From: Candidatus Pacearchaeota archaeon
Lineage (GTDB): Archaea; Nanobdellota; Nanobdellia; Pacearchaeales; GW2011-AR1
DNA: 64,000 nucleotides
NCBI GenBank assembly: GCA_018304145.1
Contig: JAGVWU010000001.1
Location: 144 to 64,143, forward strand
Direction of reading: 5' to 3'
Part shown: positions 9,426-17,719 of the stretch, piece by piece
Numbering within the stretch: position 1 is the first letter of the stretch
How the letters are laid out: every line of letters begins with the position of its first letter
Notes under the pieces: generated by a model
The model's database searches: none
Told to the model about the DNA's origin: nothing
Seen by the model: only the letters and a program-made list of their open reading frames with translations
Position numbers and translations under genes: made by a program

Positions 9426-10295
9426 ATGGAAATAAGGGTATTAAAAGGTTTCACTGTTGAAAATTGGAAACATAGATTTCTTCCGTCTGAAGATGTTTAT
9501 AGATTTTCTCAATCCGGCAAATCTGGGATTTTATCTGTTGCTGATGGAATAACAAGAGATCCTACTAACGGAACCTTGCCAAATTTAGATAGTATATTTG
9601 GAAAAGTTCAATTTGTTCTGGGTTATCCAAAACCCAGCCCTGCATTCTATGTTGCAAATATGTTTTGCAAATCTTTTAATTCTTATTTTGAATCAATGCC
9701 TTCTGGTAAAAGAATTAATGAAGATTCTATTTTTGAATCATTTAGAATTGCAAATCAAATTATAAGAAATTTTAATAATAAATTTTTTCCATATGCAGAG
9801 TTAGATTTTTTGAAAAGGGATTATACAGGATGTGTTGCATCAGGAGCTATTGCTGATGGAAGAGATGTTTTTTATGGTTATATTGCTGATTCGGGATTTA
9901 TTGTTTTGGATGATAAAGGGAATATAAGATTTAAAACTGAAAATGAAGGGCCAAACAGCAAAGGAAACATTGATGAAGATGTAGCTAAAAAATATAGGAC
10001 GGGATTTAAATTTCCTAAAGGAAGAACAATTATACGAAGTCAATATAGAAATAATCCTGACGAACCTCTTGCATATGGAGCTTTGACTGGACAAACAGAA
10101 GCTATGAATTACGTAAGAACGGGTTATTTTGAATTACAAGAAGGAGATGTTCCTATTGTCTTTACAGATGGTTTAGAAAGTGTTATACAAAGCCCTGAAT
10201 TTGCAGAAAAAATCAGAGAAAGAGATTTTAAAGGAATAAAAAAATTATGCAGGAGGAAAGTTAGAACTGAAGGTACTTTAGTTTGTGCATTATAA
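9426..10295 (+). CDS. PP2C/SpoIIE-like protein phosphatase (tentative)
   Basis: GILSVADGITRD resembles the PP2C metal-binding motif VADGMGG. C-terminal VFTDGLESV resembles the PP2C TDGL motif. Confidence 0.4.
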   Translation: MEIRVLKGFTVENWKHRFLPSEDVYRFSQSGKSGILSVADGITRDPTNGTLPNLDSIFGKVQFVLGYPKPSPAFYVANMFCKSFNSYFESMPSGKRINEDSIFESFRIANQIIRNFNNKFFPYAELDFLKRDYTGCVASGAIADGRDVFYGYIADSGFIVLDDKGNIRFKTENEGPNSKGNIDEDVAKKYRTGFKFPKGRTIIRSQYRNNPDEPLAYGALTGQTEAMNYVRTGYFELQEGDVPIVFTDGLESVIQSPEFAEKIRERDFKGIKKLCRRKVRTEGTLVCAL

Positions 10296-10821
10296 AATGA
10301 AATTCGATTTATCAAACCTATTAAAAATATCCATAATATTCCTGACCGGATTTTTAGCAGCTAATCTTTTTGGATTTTATTATGTATATGGCTCAGAGAT
10401 TCCTTTTTTAAAAAACTTTGGTTTTACAAATTTAAGTTACAATTCCGCTCCCTTTGATTTTATAAAAGAGAACCAAATAGAGGTTTATAATGACAGGATA
10501 ATAATAAGAATTGAAAATGCAAGTATTGGAAGCTATGCCCCTACTGGAAGCATGAGACCTATTCTTGATAAGGATTCAAATGGAATAAGGATAGTTCCAA
10601 AATCAGAAAATGACATTCATATTGGAGACATAATCAGTTTTGAGAATAGCTCTTTAGAAAAGACCTCTGAGAAATCAGAATTAATAATCCACAGGGTTAT
10701 TGAAAAGGGTATTGATGAGGATGGTGTTTATTTTATTACAAAAGGAGATAATAACAACATTAATGATGGAAAGATTAGATTTAATCAAATTAAATATCTG
10801 ACAATAGGTATGATATGGTGA
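10285..10821 (+). CDS. signal peptidase I (S26B / Sec11-type)
   Basis: N-terminal TM anchor. Catalytic-Ser box GSMRPIL (cf. SMEPT), HRV box and TKGDNN box. Confidence 0.7.
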   Translation: MHYKMKFDLSNLLKISIIFLTGFLAANLFGFYYVYGSEIPFLKNFGFTNLSYNSAPFDFIKENQIEVYNDRIIIRIENASIGSYAPTGSMRPILDKDSNGIRIVPKSENDIHIGDIISFENSSLEKTSEKSELIIHRVIEKGIDEDGVYFITKGDNNNINDGKIRFNQIKYLTIGMIW

Positions 10822-10883
10822 TAATATTTATAGTGAAAAACATAAATAATTGAGCAAAATCTTATGTTTTTCTCTCGACCAAA

Positions 10884-11021
10884 GAAAATCTTGAAGGGAT
10901 TTTCTGGGCCGTAGAAATCTTCTGAATGATTTCTCCGGTAGTCAAGGCATAACTGCTCAGTATTCAATGCAAGAAAATTCTTTCAGAAGAATTTTCTGCA
11001 CAGAAAATCCTGCAGATTTTC
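10884..11021. repeat. cluster of four tandem hairpin-palindromes (GAAAATC-loop-GATTTTC type)
   Basis: Hairpins at 10884-10904, 10913-10934 (loop TTCTGAATG), 10973-10996 and 11003-11021, read directly from the sequence. They lie between convergent genes. Confidence 0.6.
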
Positions 11022-11039
11022 ATGTGTCCTTGACTATAT

Positions 11040-11996
11040 TTAGACTAAATTAAGGCTAATCAATGCATAATACAAAATCATTCCAAGATAGATTCCCATT
11101 GTTAAAAAAGGCATTGCTGGATAGAATCTTTTCTTTTTTGCAAATAAGAATAACATCAGCAGGGCAAGTGCTGCAAACAAAGAAATGATTAATGAGGGGA
11201 TTATTGAGTGATAAGTTTTATAAAAAACTCCTGCTGCTATTATTGGAAAAATTACATCTCCTCCTCCTAAAATTGCAAGATTTATCTTTATTTTGGCTTT
11301 TTTAAACTGATTGTTTAAAACTTTTTCTCCTTTTTCAAGATATTTATCCTTTATTTGCTTTATTTTTAATTTTTCTTTTTTTTCAGCATATGGCAGGAAA
11401 AAACCTGTAAAAAATTTTAGATTTTCTATTTGATACTTAGCCATTTTTTGCATGAATTCAGAATGCCAGACTGCCCAGATATCATAAATTGAAATCAATA
11501 AAAGAAGTATCACTATTCCGAATGTATTGATTAATGGAACAAAAACAGCTGCTATTCCTGGATAAATCATTAACTCAGTCATGTTATGAACAATCATATT
11601 TCTTTTGAAAATTTTGAAATAAGCCAACGGGACTGCGAGGATTAATGCTATCAGGGAAACCATGCTTAATGAAATATTAAAATTTTTAATTAAAAGAAAA
11701 ATAACAACATTTATTGTCAAGCCAATGGCCATTGAAGTGACTGCAAAAAACCATATTCTTATGAAAGTTTCTGCTTTTATTTTTGTTAAAAGAAAAAACA
11801 AGCCTATTGCTATGACGAATGCTATCAGAATATTGATTATTGAAAAATTCTCTTTTACTTCTTCAGGGGGTTCCATCCCATATGGAAGAATCAGGCCATT
11901 ATTGTAAGTTTTGACAACAAAAAACCCAATTAGCTGAGTCAATAAAAACATTATTATTAAAATTGCAGTTATTTTTACGTTGTGTTTCATTCTCAC
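11040..11996 (-). CDS. presenilin / signal-peptide-peptidase-like GxGD intramembrane aspartyl protease
   Basis: Polytopic membrane protein with a YD motif (ISIYDIWAVW), a GxGD motif (LAILGGGDVIFP) and a PAL-like motif (PAMPF), in the order expected for the presenilin homologue (PSH) / SPP family. Confidence 0.6.
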   Translation of the reverse strand: MRMKHNVKITAILIIMFLLTQLIGFFVVKTYNNGLILPYGMEPPEEVKENFSIINILIAFVIAIGLFFLLTKIKAETFIRIWFFAVTSMAIGLTINVVIFLLIKNFNISLSMVSLIALILAVPLAYFKIFKRNMIVHNMTELMIYPGIAAVFVPLINTFGIVILLLLISIYDIWAVWHSEFMQKMAKYQIENLKFFTGFFLPYAEKKEKLKIKQIKDKYLEKGEKVLNNQFKKAKIKINLAILGGGDVIFPIIAAGVFYKTYHSIIPSLIISLFAALALLMLFLFAKKKRFYPAMPFLTMGIYLGMILYYALISLNLV

Positions 11997-12225
11997 AAGA
12001 AACTTAGAGTTTCTTCCAAGTAATTTTCCTCAGATAACAGATATTAACATATCTGTTGAACAAAAGAATTACTCATGAATAAAAACTTAAGTTAACTTCC
12101 TTTAAATTATATAGTAAAAAAGGTTTTTAAAGTTGCCTGCGTATATTAAATTGTTACAATGAATAAGTAATAAATATATTTTAAATCACAATAACGTTTA
12201 AAAAGCAATGGGGGATTAAATTAAC

Positions 12226-12810
12226 ATGCAAATTTTAGAAAGAACAAAAAATGAGATTGAGGCAAAGACAAGAACAATGTCTGATTTTTTGAAAATAGAA
12301 TATCTGGAATTGTGCTCAAAAAAATTTACAGATATTGAAATCCAGAGATTTTGTTATAAAGAACTGGCAAAACTTTATGAAAACAAATTTATGTATACAG
12401 AAGCCCTAAAATACATAACAAAGCTGAAAGGTGTTTGCATAATGCAGAGAGAGAAAGTTGATTGCTTGTTTAAGGAAATAGAATTATTAACTAAAAGCGG
12501 ATATTATGAAAAAGCAGATTTATCATTCAGAGAAGCTGTTAAAGAACTTAATGAAAATGACAGATTTGAACTAAAGAAAAGAATTACAGATGCTTACTAT
12601 GAAGAAGTTAAAAAATTGGAAAAATCCAGCAAATTTTCTGGAGTGATAAAGGTTTATGAAAATTTAATTCATTATGTTGTTGATAATGAAAGAATGCAGA
12701 TTAAAAGAAAAATGCTGGACCTTTATAAAAGATTGGGCAGAGTGAGAGAATCTATGCTGTTAGAAAAAGAATTAGAGGGGCATCCGGTTAAATCTGTTTC
12801 TGTGATTTAA
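12226..12810 (+). CDS. hypothetical protein (helical)
   Basis: 194-aa ORF with coding-like composition. No motif recognised. Confidence 0.35.
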   Translation: MQILERTKNEIEAKTRTMSDFLKIEYLELCSKKFTDIEIQRFCYKELAKLYENKFMYTEALKYITKLKGVCIMQREKVDCLFKEIELLTKSGYYEKADLSFREAVKELNENDRFELKKRITDAYYEEVKKLEKSSKFSGVIKVYENLIHYVVDNERMQIKRKMLDLYKRLGRVRESMLLEKELEGHPVKSVSVI

Positions 12811-12822
12811 TTAATATCTAAG

Positions 12823-13242
12823 ATGGCAAATTCAATACACGTTGGCTCAGCAGGAAGAATAATAACTGAAGGTCCCGCTGTTGATAAATTCACACTTCAT
12901 GGAGATTCTGTACAAAAATTTTATGATGTTCTAAGAGCTATAAATAATCCAAGATTACTTTTAGTTGGCTCTTCTTATTGGGGTTATAGTAATCATGATT
13001 TAAGTTATAATATAGAAGATGCTGCATTATATATTGGATTTTCAGCAGAATCTAAAAGAGTTAGAGGTCGGCTAAAAGAAATTAATTTTGCTGAAGTTAA
13101 AATTGGTGCTCAAACTAGAGAAAAAAGAGAAAAAGCATTAAGTAGACTAGAAGAAATCACTGGTTTTAGTTTTGCTGATCAAATAAGAAGATTAATTTAT
13201 GCTGAAGAAGAAACTTCACCAGAAGAAACAAAATCTGAATAG
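12823..13242 (+). CDS. hypothetical protein
   Basis: 139-aa ORF separated by only 12 nt from the previous gene. No motif recognised. Confidence 0.35.
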   Translation: MANSIHVGSAGRIITEGPAVDKFTLHGDSVQKFYDVLRAINNPRLLLVGSSYWGYSNHDLSYNIEDAALYIGFSAESKRVRGRLKEINFAEVKIGAQTREKREKALSRLEEITGFSFADQIRRLIYAEEETSPEETKSE

Positions 13243-13447
13243 AAATATTTTTATTAATCTTTATACTTTTTAGTTAATATTTATGCAGGTTTTGTTGTGA
13301 AAATAAAGATTGTTATGTTGTAAAAACAATTAACACTAAAATCCGAACCATTGATAATTAATTTACATGAATAATATTTAATAAGAATCTAGAATGCTTA
13401 TCTCAATCTAATTGTCTCTAAATTTCTAAGGATATTCGTCTCTGTAT

Positions 13448-13498
13448 ACAGAAAATTAAGAATTTTCTGTCCCATAAAAAATCTTCTGAATGATTTTT
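13448..13498. repeat. two hairpin-palindromes of the GAAAATC family (second has the conserved loop TTCTGAATG)
   Basis: CAGAAAATTAAGAATTTTCTG at 13448-13468 and AAAAAATCTTCTGAATGATTTTTT at 13475-13498. Confidence 0.55.
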
Positions 13499-13507
13499 TA
13501 GGTGCAT

Positions 13508-13576
13508 CGCATACTGAAACAAAAATCATCTTAGTCTTATAGTTTCTAAGTTACGCGGGACGTTTGTTTCAGTATG
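13508..13576. repeat. 13-bp perfect inverted repeat GCATACTGAAACA / TGTTTCAGTATGC spanning the aCPSF1 stop codon
   Basis: Arms at 13508-13520 and 13564-13576, read directly. Sits at the 3' end of the 13526-15412 gene. Confidence 0.5.
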
Positions 13577-15412
13577 CTGCAATTTGTAAATTGAAGAAGC
13601 TAAATCCAAGCATCTGCTTTGCTCTCCATGAACTATTATTATCCTGTTAGGATGCGGCTGGCATTTATTTGCAAAATCTAGAAGCTCTGTTCTTCCTGCA
13701 TGAGAAGTCAAGCCATCAATTGTAATCACATTCATATTGACTTCTATATTCTCTTCTTTTCCTTCAATATTCATCCTGACTTCTTTTACACCATCCTGAA
13801 CCTGCCTTCCAAGAGAACCGGGGCCCTGATAACATACAAAACAAATTTTGTTGTTTTTGTTTATTGAGAAATGCCTGAAATATTCCACAGACGCTCCTCC
13901 AACTAACATACCTGAAGTTGCAAGAACAACACAAGGGCCTCCTTCAATAACCTGTTTTCTTTCAGCAGCAGAACCGACTCTTTGAAAAACTTCTGAAATA
14001 AATGGATTATTGTTCTGAAAAACTTCTTTTCTGACCAGAGAATTTAAAAAATCAGGATAAGCTGTGTGAATTCCATTTATGTCCCAAATCATTCCATCAA
14101 TATATATTGGAACTTTTGGGAGAGAATTGTTCTTCATTGCTTCTGCTAAAATAAGCATTGTTTCCTGAGCTCTCCCTAATCCTAATTCAGGAATCAAAAC
14201 TTTTCCCCCTTGCCCTATGGTTTCTTTAATTTCATTAATCATCTGATCCTCTGCCTCTTTTCTTGGAGGAAGAACATTATTTTTCCCCCCATAAGTAGAT
14301 TCTATAATCATTGTTTCAAGCCTTGGAAAATTGGAAACAGCTCTTTCTAATAATTGAGATTTTAAAAATTTGAAATCTCCTGTATAAATCAGATTATGAG
14401 CCCCATTTCCAATATTTATATGGACTATTGAAGAACCTAAGGCATGTCCAGAATTATACAGAGTTATTCTCATGTCGGGAGCAATATCTGTAACTTCATT
14501 GTATTCAAGGCAAATAGTATGTTTAACCATTTCTTTTATATCTGTTGAAGAAAACAATGGAGCTGCTGCTTGTTTATACGCAACACCTATAAAATCAAGA
14601 GCTAAAAGAGCTGAAACATCTCTTGTGGGAGCTGTCATGTAAACAGGCCCTCTATATCCCATCTTAAATAAATATGGAATCAATCCGCTATGATCCAGAT
14701 GAGCGTGGCTTAAAATTATTGCATCTAATTCATTTATTTTAAATTCTGAAACATCCAAATATGGAAATTTTTCTTTACCCTTTCCAGCCACATTTATTCC
14801 ACAGTCCAGAAGAATTTTTGTTTGTGGAGTTGATAACAGAAAACAGCTTCTTCCAACCTGTCTTCCCCCTCCCAAAAATGTTATTCTAATCCATTCCTCA
14901 ACTTTTTCAGGATTCCATTCCTTGTAAATCTTTTTTCCCACGGAATTCAAGAATTTTTTTCTGGTATTATTGTTCTGATAAAGAACATCCCTTATATTTT
15001 CAGTTATTTTGCTTTCAATTGCAGGGCTTCTCTGAATCTGAGGTATCCATAAACTATTATCTTTGATTTCTTTTAAAATAAGCCCTGATTTTCCAATAAC
15101 CAATCCAGGCCTTTTTGCCTCAATAACAACAATGCTTCTTTGAGAATCAAAAAGAATAGCTGTTAATTCTGCTTCTTTAGGAACTGTCTCTCTGATTATT
15201 TTTTCAGTATCCTCTTCTGATTTTAAAAGTTTTTCATCTGCCCTTAATTCTATTCTTTTTTTAAATTTATTAACCAGCTCTTTGATTTTTCCTTCATTAT
15301 CCTTAAAAAATTCTATATCGTTTGTATAAAGAACAATATTAGCACCTTCAAAGTTCGCACTGCTTATTACTTTTGGTAATTCTTTCTGTATGTCTTTTAG
15401 AATATCTGCCAT
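13526..15412 (-). CDS. aCPSF1-type beta-CASP ribonuclease (KH domains + metallo-beta-lactamase)
   Basis: N-terminal KH GxxG motifs (VIGKSGLILKEI), metallo-beta-lactamase HAHLDHSG and the 628-aa length typical of archaeal CPSF1. Confidence 0.8.
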   Translation of the reverse strand: MADILKDIQKELPKVISSANFEGANIVLYTNDIEFFKDNEGKIKELVNKFKKRIELRADEKLLKSEEDTEKIIRETVPKEAELTAILFDSQRSIVVIEAKRPGLVIGKSGLILKEIKDNSLWIPQIQRSPAIESKITENIRDVLYQNNNTRKKFLNSVGKKIYKEWNPEKVEEWIRITFLGGGRQVGRSCFLLSTPQTKILLDCGINVAGKGKEKFPYLDVSEFKINELDAIILSHAHLDHSGLIPYLFKMGYRGPVYMTAPTRDVSALLALDFIGVAYKQAAAPLFSSTDIKEMVKHTICLEYNEVTDIAPDMRITLYNSGHALGSSIVHINIGNGAHNLIYTGDFKFLKSQLLERAVSNFPRLETMIIESTYGGKNNVLPPRKEAEDQMINEIKETIGQGGKVLIPELGLGRAQETMLILAEAMKNNSLPKVPIYIDGMIWDINGIHTAYPDFLNSLVRKEVFQNNNPFISEVFQRVGSAAERKQVIEGGPCVVLATSGMLVGGASVEYFRHFSINKNNKICFVCYQGPGSLGRQVQDGVKEVRMNIEGKEENIEVNMNVITIDGLTSHAGRTELLDFANKCQPHPNRIIIVHGEQSRCLDLASSIYKLQHTETNVPRNLETIRLR

Positions 15413-15485
15413 GCTATTTGATTAAAATTTATTAAATATCTCTAATAACTATTTACCACCTTAATTTTTTATTTTAAATTTAAAA

Positions 15486-16148
15486 TTACTTTATATTTTT
15501 ATATTCTGGAGTGATTTCTTGTGCGACTTCATGTTTTATACCTTTCTTTGTTATAGTGAACACATCAATTCCATTTCCACTTCCAGTGTCTCTTTGTGTT
15601 GAAGATTTTAGTGCTTCAATAACTAAATCTACTCCTTCTTTTATATCTATATTCTTTTTGTATTGTCTTTCCAATAAACCCAAAACATAGGGCATTCCAG
15701 AACCAAAATTAGCATCGTAATCTTCTACTTGAATAGCAGTTCCAGAAGGTTCTATTGAATAAAGTTCGGTTGTTCCATCTTCATTAAACCCTGCTACAAG
15801 AGTTCCAACAATTGAAGGAATCATTGTGGGCTGCCTGATGTTCCTGTAAGTAATCATTCCTATAAGATTAGCTGCCTCTTTAATGGTCGGTCTTTTCTTT
15901 GCCTTTAATTCTTTTAATCTTAATTCTGCTGCAATTATTTTCTTTTGCATTTCTATATCAGACATATTTCCTGTTCCAGCAATAACCAAATAGTCATTAA
16001 TCTGCACTGCTTTTTTTGCATTTTTCATTGCAATTAAATTTCCTGCTGTTGCTCTTCTATCAGAAGCCATTACAACTCCGTCCTTGCAGACTATTCCAAG
16101 TATGGTTGTTCCTGTCTTAAGAATACTATTTTTTAATTCATTATCCAT
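15486..16148 (-). CDS. psmB: proteasome beta subunit (with propeptide)
   Basis: Short propeptide followed by TTILGIVCKDGVVMASDRRAT, giving an N-terminal nucleophile Thr after processing. 220 aa. Confidence 0.85.
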   Translation of the reverse strand: MDNELKNSILKTGTTILGIVCKDGVVMASDRRATAGNLIAMKNAKKAVQINDYLVIAGTGNMSDIEMQKKIIAAELRLKELKAKKRPTIKEAANLIGMITYRNIRQPTMIPSIVGTLVAGFNEDGTTELYSIEPSGTAIQVEDYDANFGSGMPYVLGLLERQYKKNIDIKEGVDLVIEALKSSTQRDTGSGNGIDVFTITKKGIKHEVAQEITPEYKNIK

Positions 16149-16185
16149 TTTATTTAAAAATTCATTAGGGAATTTTTAAGCCACA

Positions 16186-16207
16186 AAAATCTTCTAAAAG
16201 ATTTTTT
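16186..16207. repeat. hairpin-palindrome AAAAATCTT-CTAAA-AGATTTTT (GAAAATC family)
   Basis: Downstream of psmB within the 590-bp non-coding stretch. Confidence 0.45.
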
Positions 16208-16739
16208 ATGTTTAAAAAAATTCTAAAACAAAAATGCTTTTGAATCCATTTAGAATTTATAATATTAGTGAGAAAAAAGGGTTTATAAAGTTTTCGAAGA
16301 AGAAAATTTTTGGATTTTTAACTTTAAAACTCTGGTGATATCCTGGTTATTCTAAAAAGCTTATGAACTTCAGAAGCACACATTCCCTCTAATCTTCCTG
16401 ATTTTTTTAGTTTATCAAATTCTGCTAATTTTTTATTTTGAGTATAAACAGGATGAATAAATTCATATGCTTTTTGCAGAAATTTTGTTAAATATTTTAT
16501 CATGATAATTGATATAGGGTTTAATTTCTGAGATTATAAAAACTTAGGTAACTCCCCTCCAATAGTAAAAAGCAGAAATGTTTTTAAATGAATTTTTGAT
16601 GAAGAGAATATGCAAGAAGAATTATAAAGAATCTATATTTATAAATAGTGTAACTAAAGTGTCTCACAATGTATTTTCAAGTTTTTGAAAAATGTCTCAG
16701 AGTGTGAGAAATTAACGGATTGTCAAAATATTATTTAGA

Positions 16740-17528
16740 TTAAGCTAACTTTCCAGAAATTAATAGAGGCTTGCAATAATTATTCCAAAGTTGATGTCCA
16801 TTTATATCAACAAGTTTTTGATGTTCTCTTATTAATGCGTTTACATCTCCATTATATGAATTAACAAGTAATTTCCCCGCAATTTGTGGAATATGTTCTG
16901 TTAAACTATGAGCTCTCATTGTCCTCTCAAAAAATTGATTTTCAGGATGCATGTAACTTATCGTTCTAAAGGCTTTTTCCCAATCATATTTCTCTGCCGC
17001 AAATCTTTGTTGTTCTAAGTGTGCTTGCCCTAATGGGGGAAAGAATTCATTTAAATTTAATTTAAATTCTCCAATCTTCAAAGGTTCAAGAATTCTATAG
17101 ACCAAATTTCCAAAACTCGATGAATAACCATTAAATTCTTTAAAGTCTTCAGGCCGAACTTTAATAGTTTCATTATCAACTACAACTACAGAGTGCGTTA
17201 CTTCTTCTGCTAACATCAAAGGATATCTTCCATTTGAAACTGCTCTATTGATTATTATGGCGTGATTATCTTTCCTGTATCTACAAGAACCAAAACTATC
17301 ATAAGTCCTACTTATAATGTCTCTTATAGCTTCTTCAGATGGAGATTCGGGATGAAACTCTAAAGTTTCTCTTACTTTCCAGCCCTCTTTATTTACATCT
17401 TCCACATTAAAAATTGCTAATATTGGCGGACCTCTCGAATCATTTTTAGAGAACAATCTAGACAGTTCTTGCCATTGTCTTTGAATATCTCCATATACAA
17501 ATTCTCTTGGAGATGTTTTAATATTCAT
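16740..17528 (-). CDS. hypothetical protein (orphan, isolated by long non-coding flanks)
   Basis: 262-aa ORF with normal residue complexity. Flanked by 590 bp and 190 bp of non-coding sequence, which is unusual in this compact genome. No family recognised. Confidence 0.45.
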   Translation of the reverse strand: MNIKTSPREFVYGDIQRQWQELSRLFSKNDSRGPPILAIFNVEDVNKEGWKVRETLEFHPESPSEEAIRDIISRTYDSFGSCRYRKDNHAIIINRAVSNGRYPLMLAEEVTHSVVVVDNETIKVRPEDFKEFNGYSSSFGNLVYRILEPLKIGEFKLNLNEFFPPLGQAHLEQQRFAAEKYDWEKAFRTISYMHPENQFFERTMRAHSLTEHIPQIAGKLLVNSYNGDVNALIREHQKLVDINGHQLWNNYCKPLLISGKLA

Positions 17529-17719
17529 TAGAAAGAAAAAAATATCCTATATATAAATCTTTGTATTATTAACTACTAATAAGTTACAAATATAACTATT
17601 TATGTCGTAAATTCTTTAATTTAGTTAAGGAGGTAACAAGAATTGTCATAAAACTTATTACATAAAGTATCATAAATCTTGTTACACGGTAATTTTATAA
17701 ATTATTACAAAAACAAAAT

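Noticed and set aside
10884-11021. The tandem hairpins as a CRISPR-like or tandem-repeat array
   Set aside because: The units are palindromic with different loop and stem variants and irregular spacing. No unique spacers of constant length are present.
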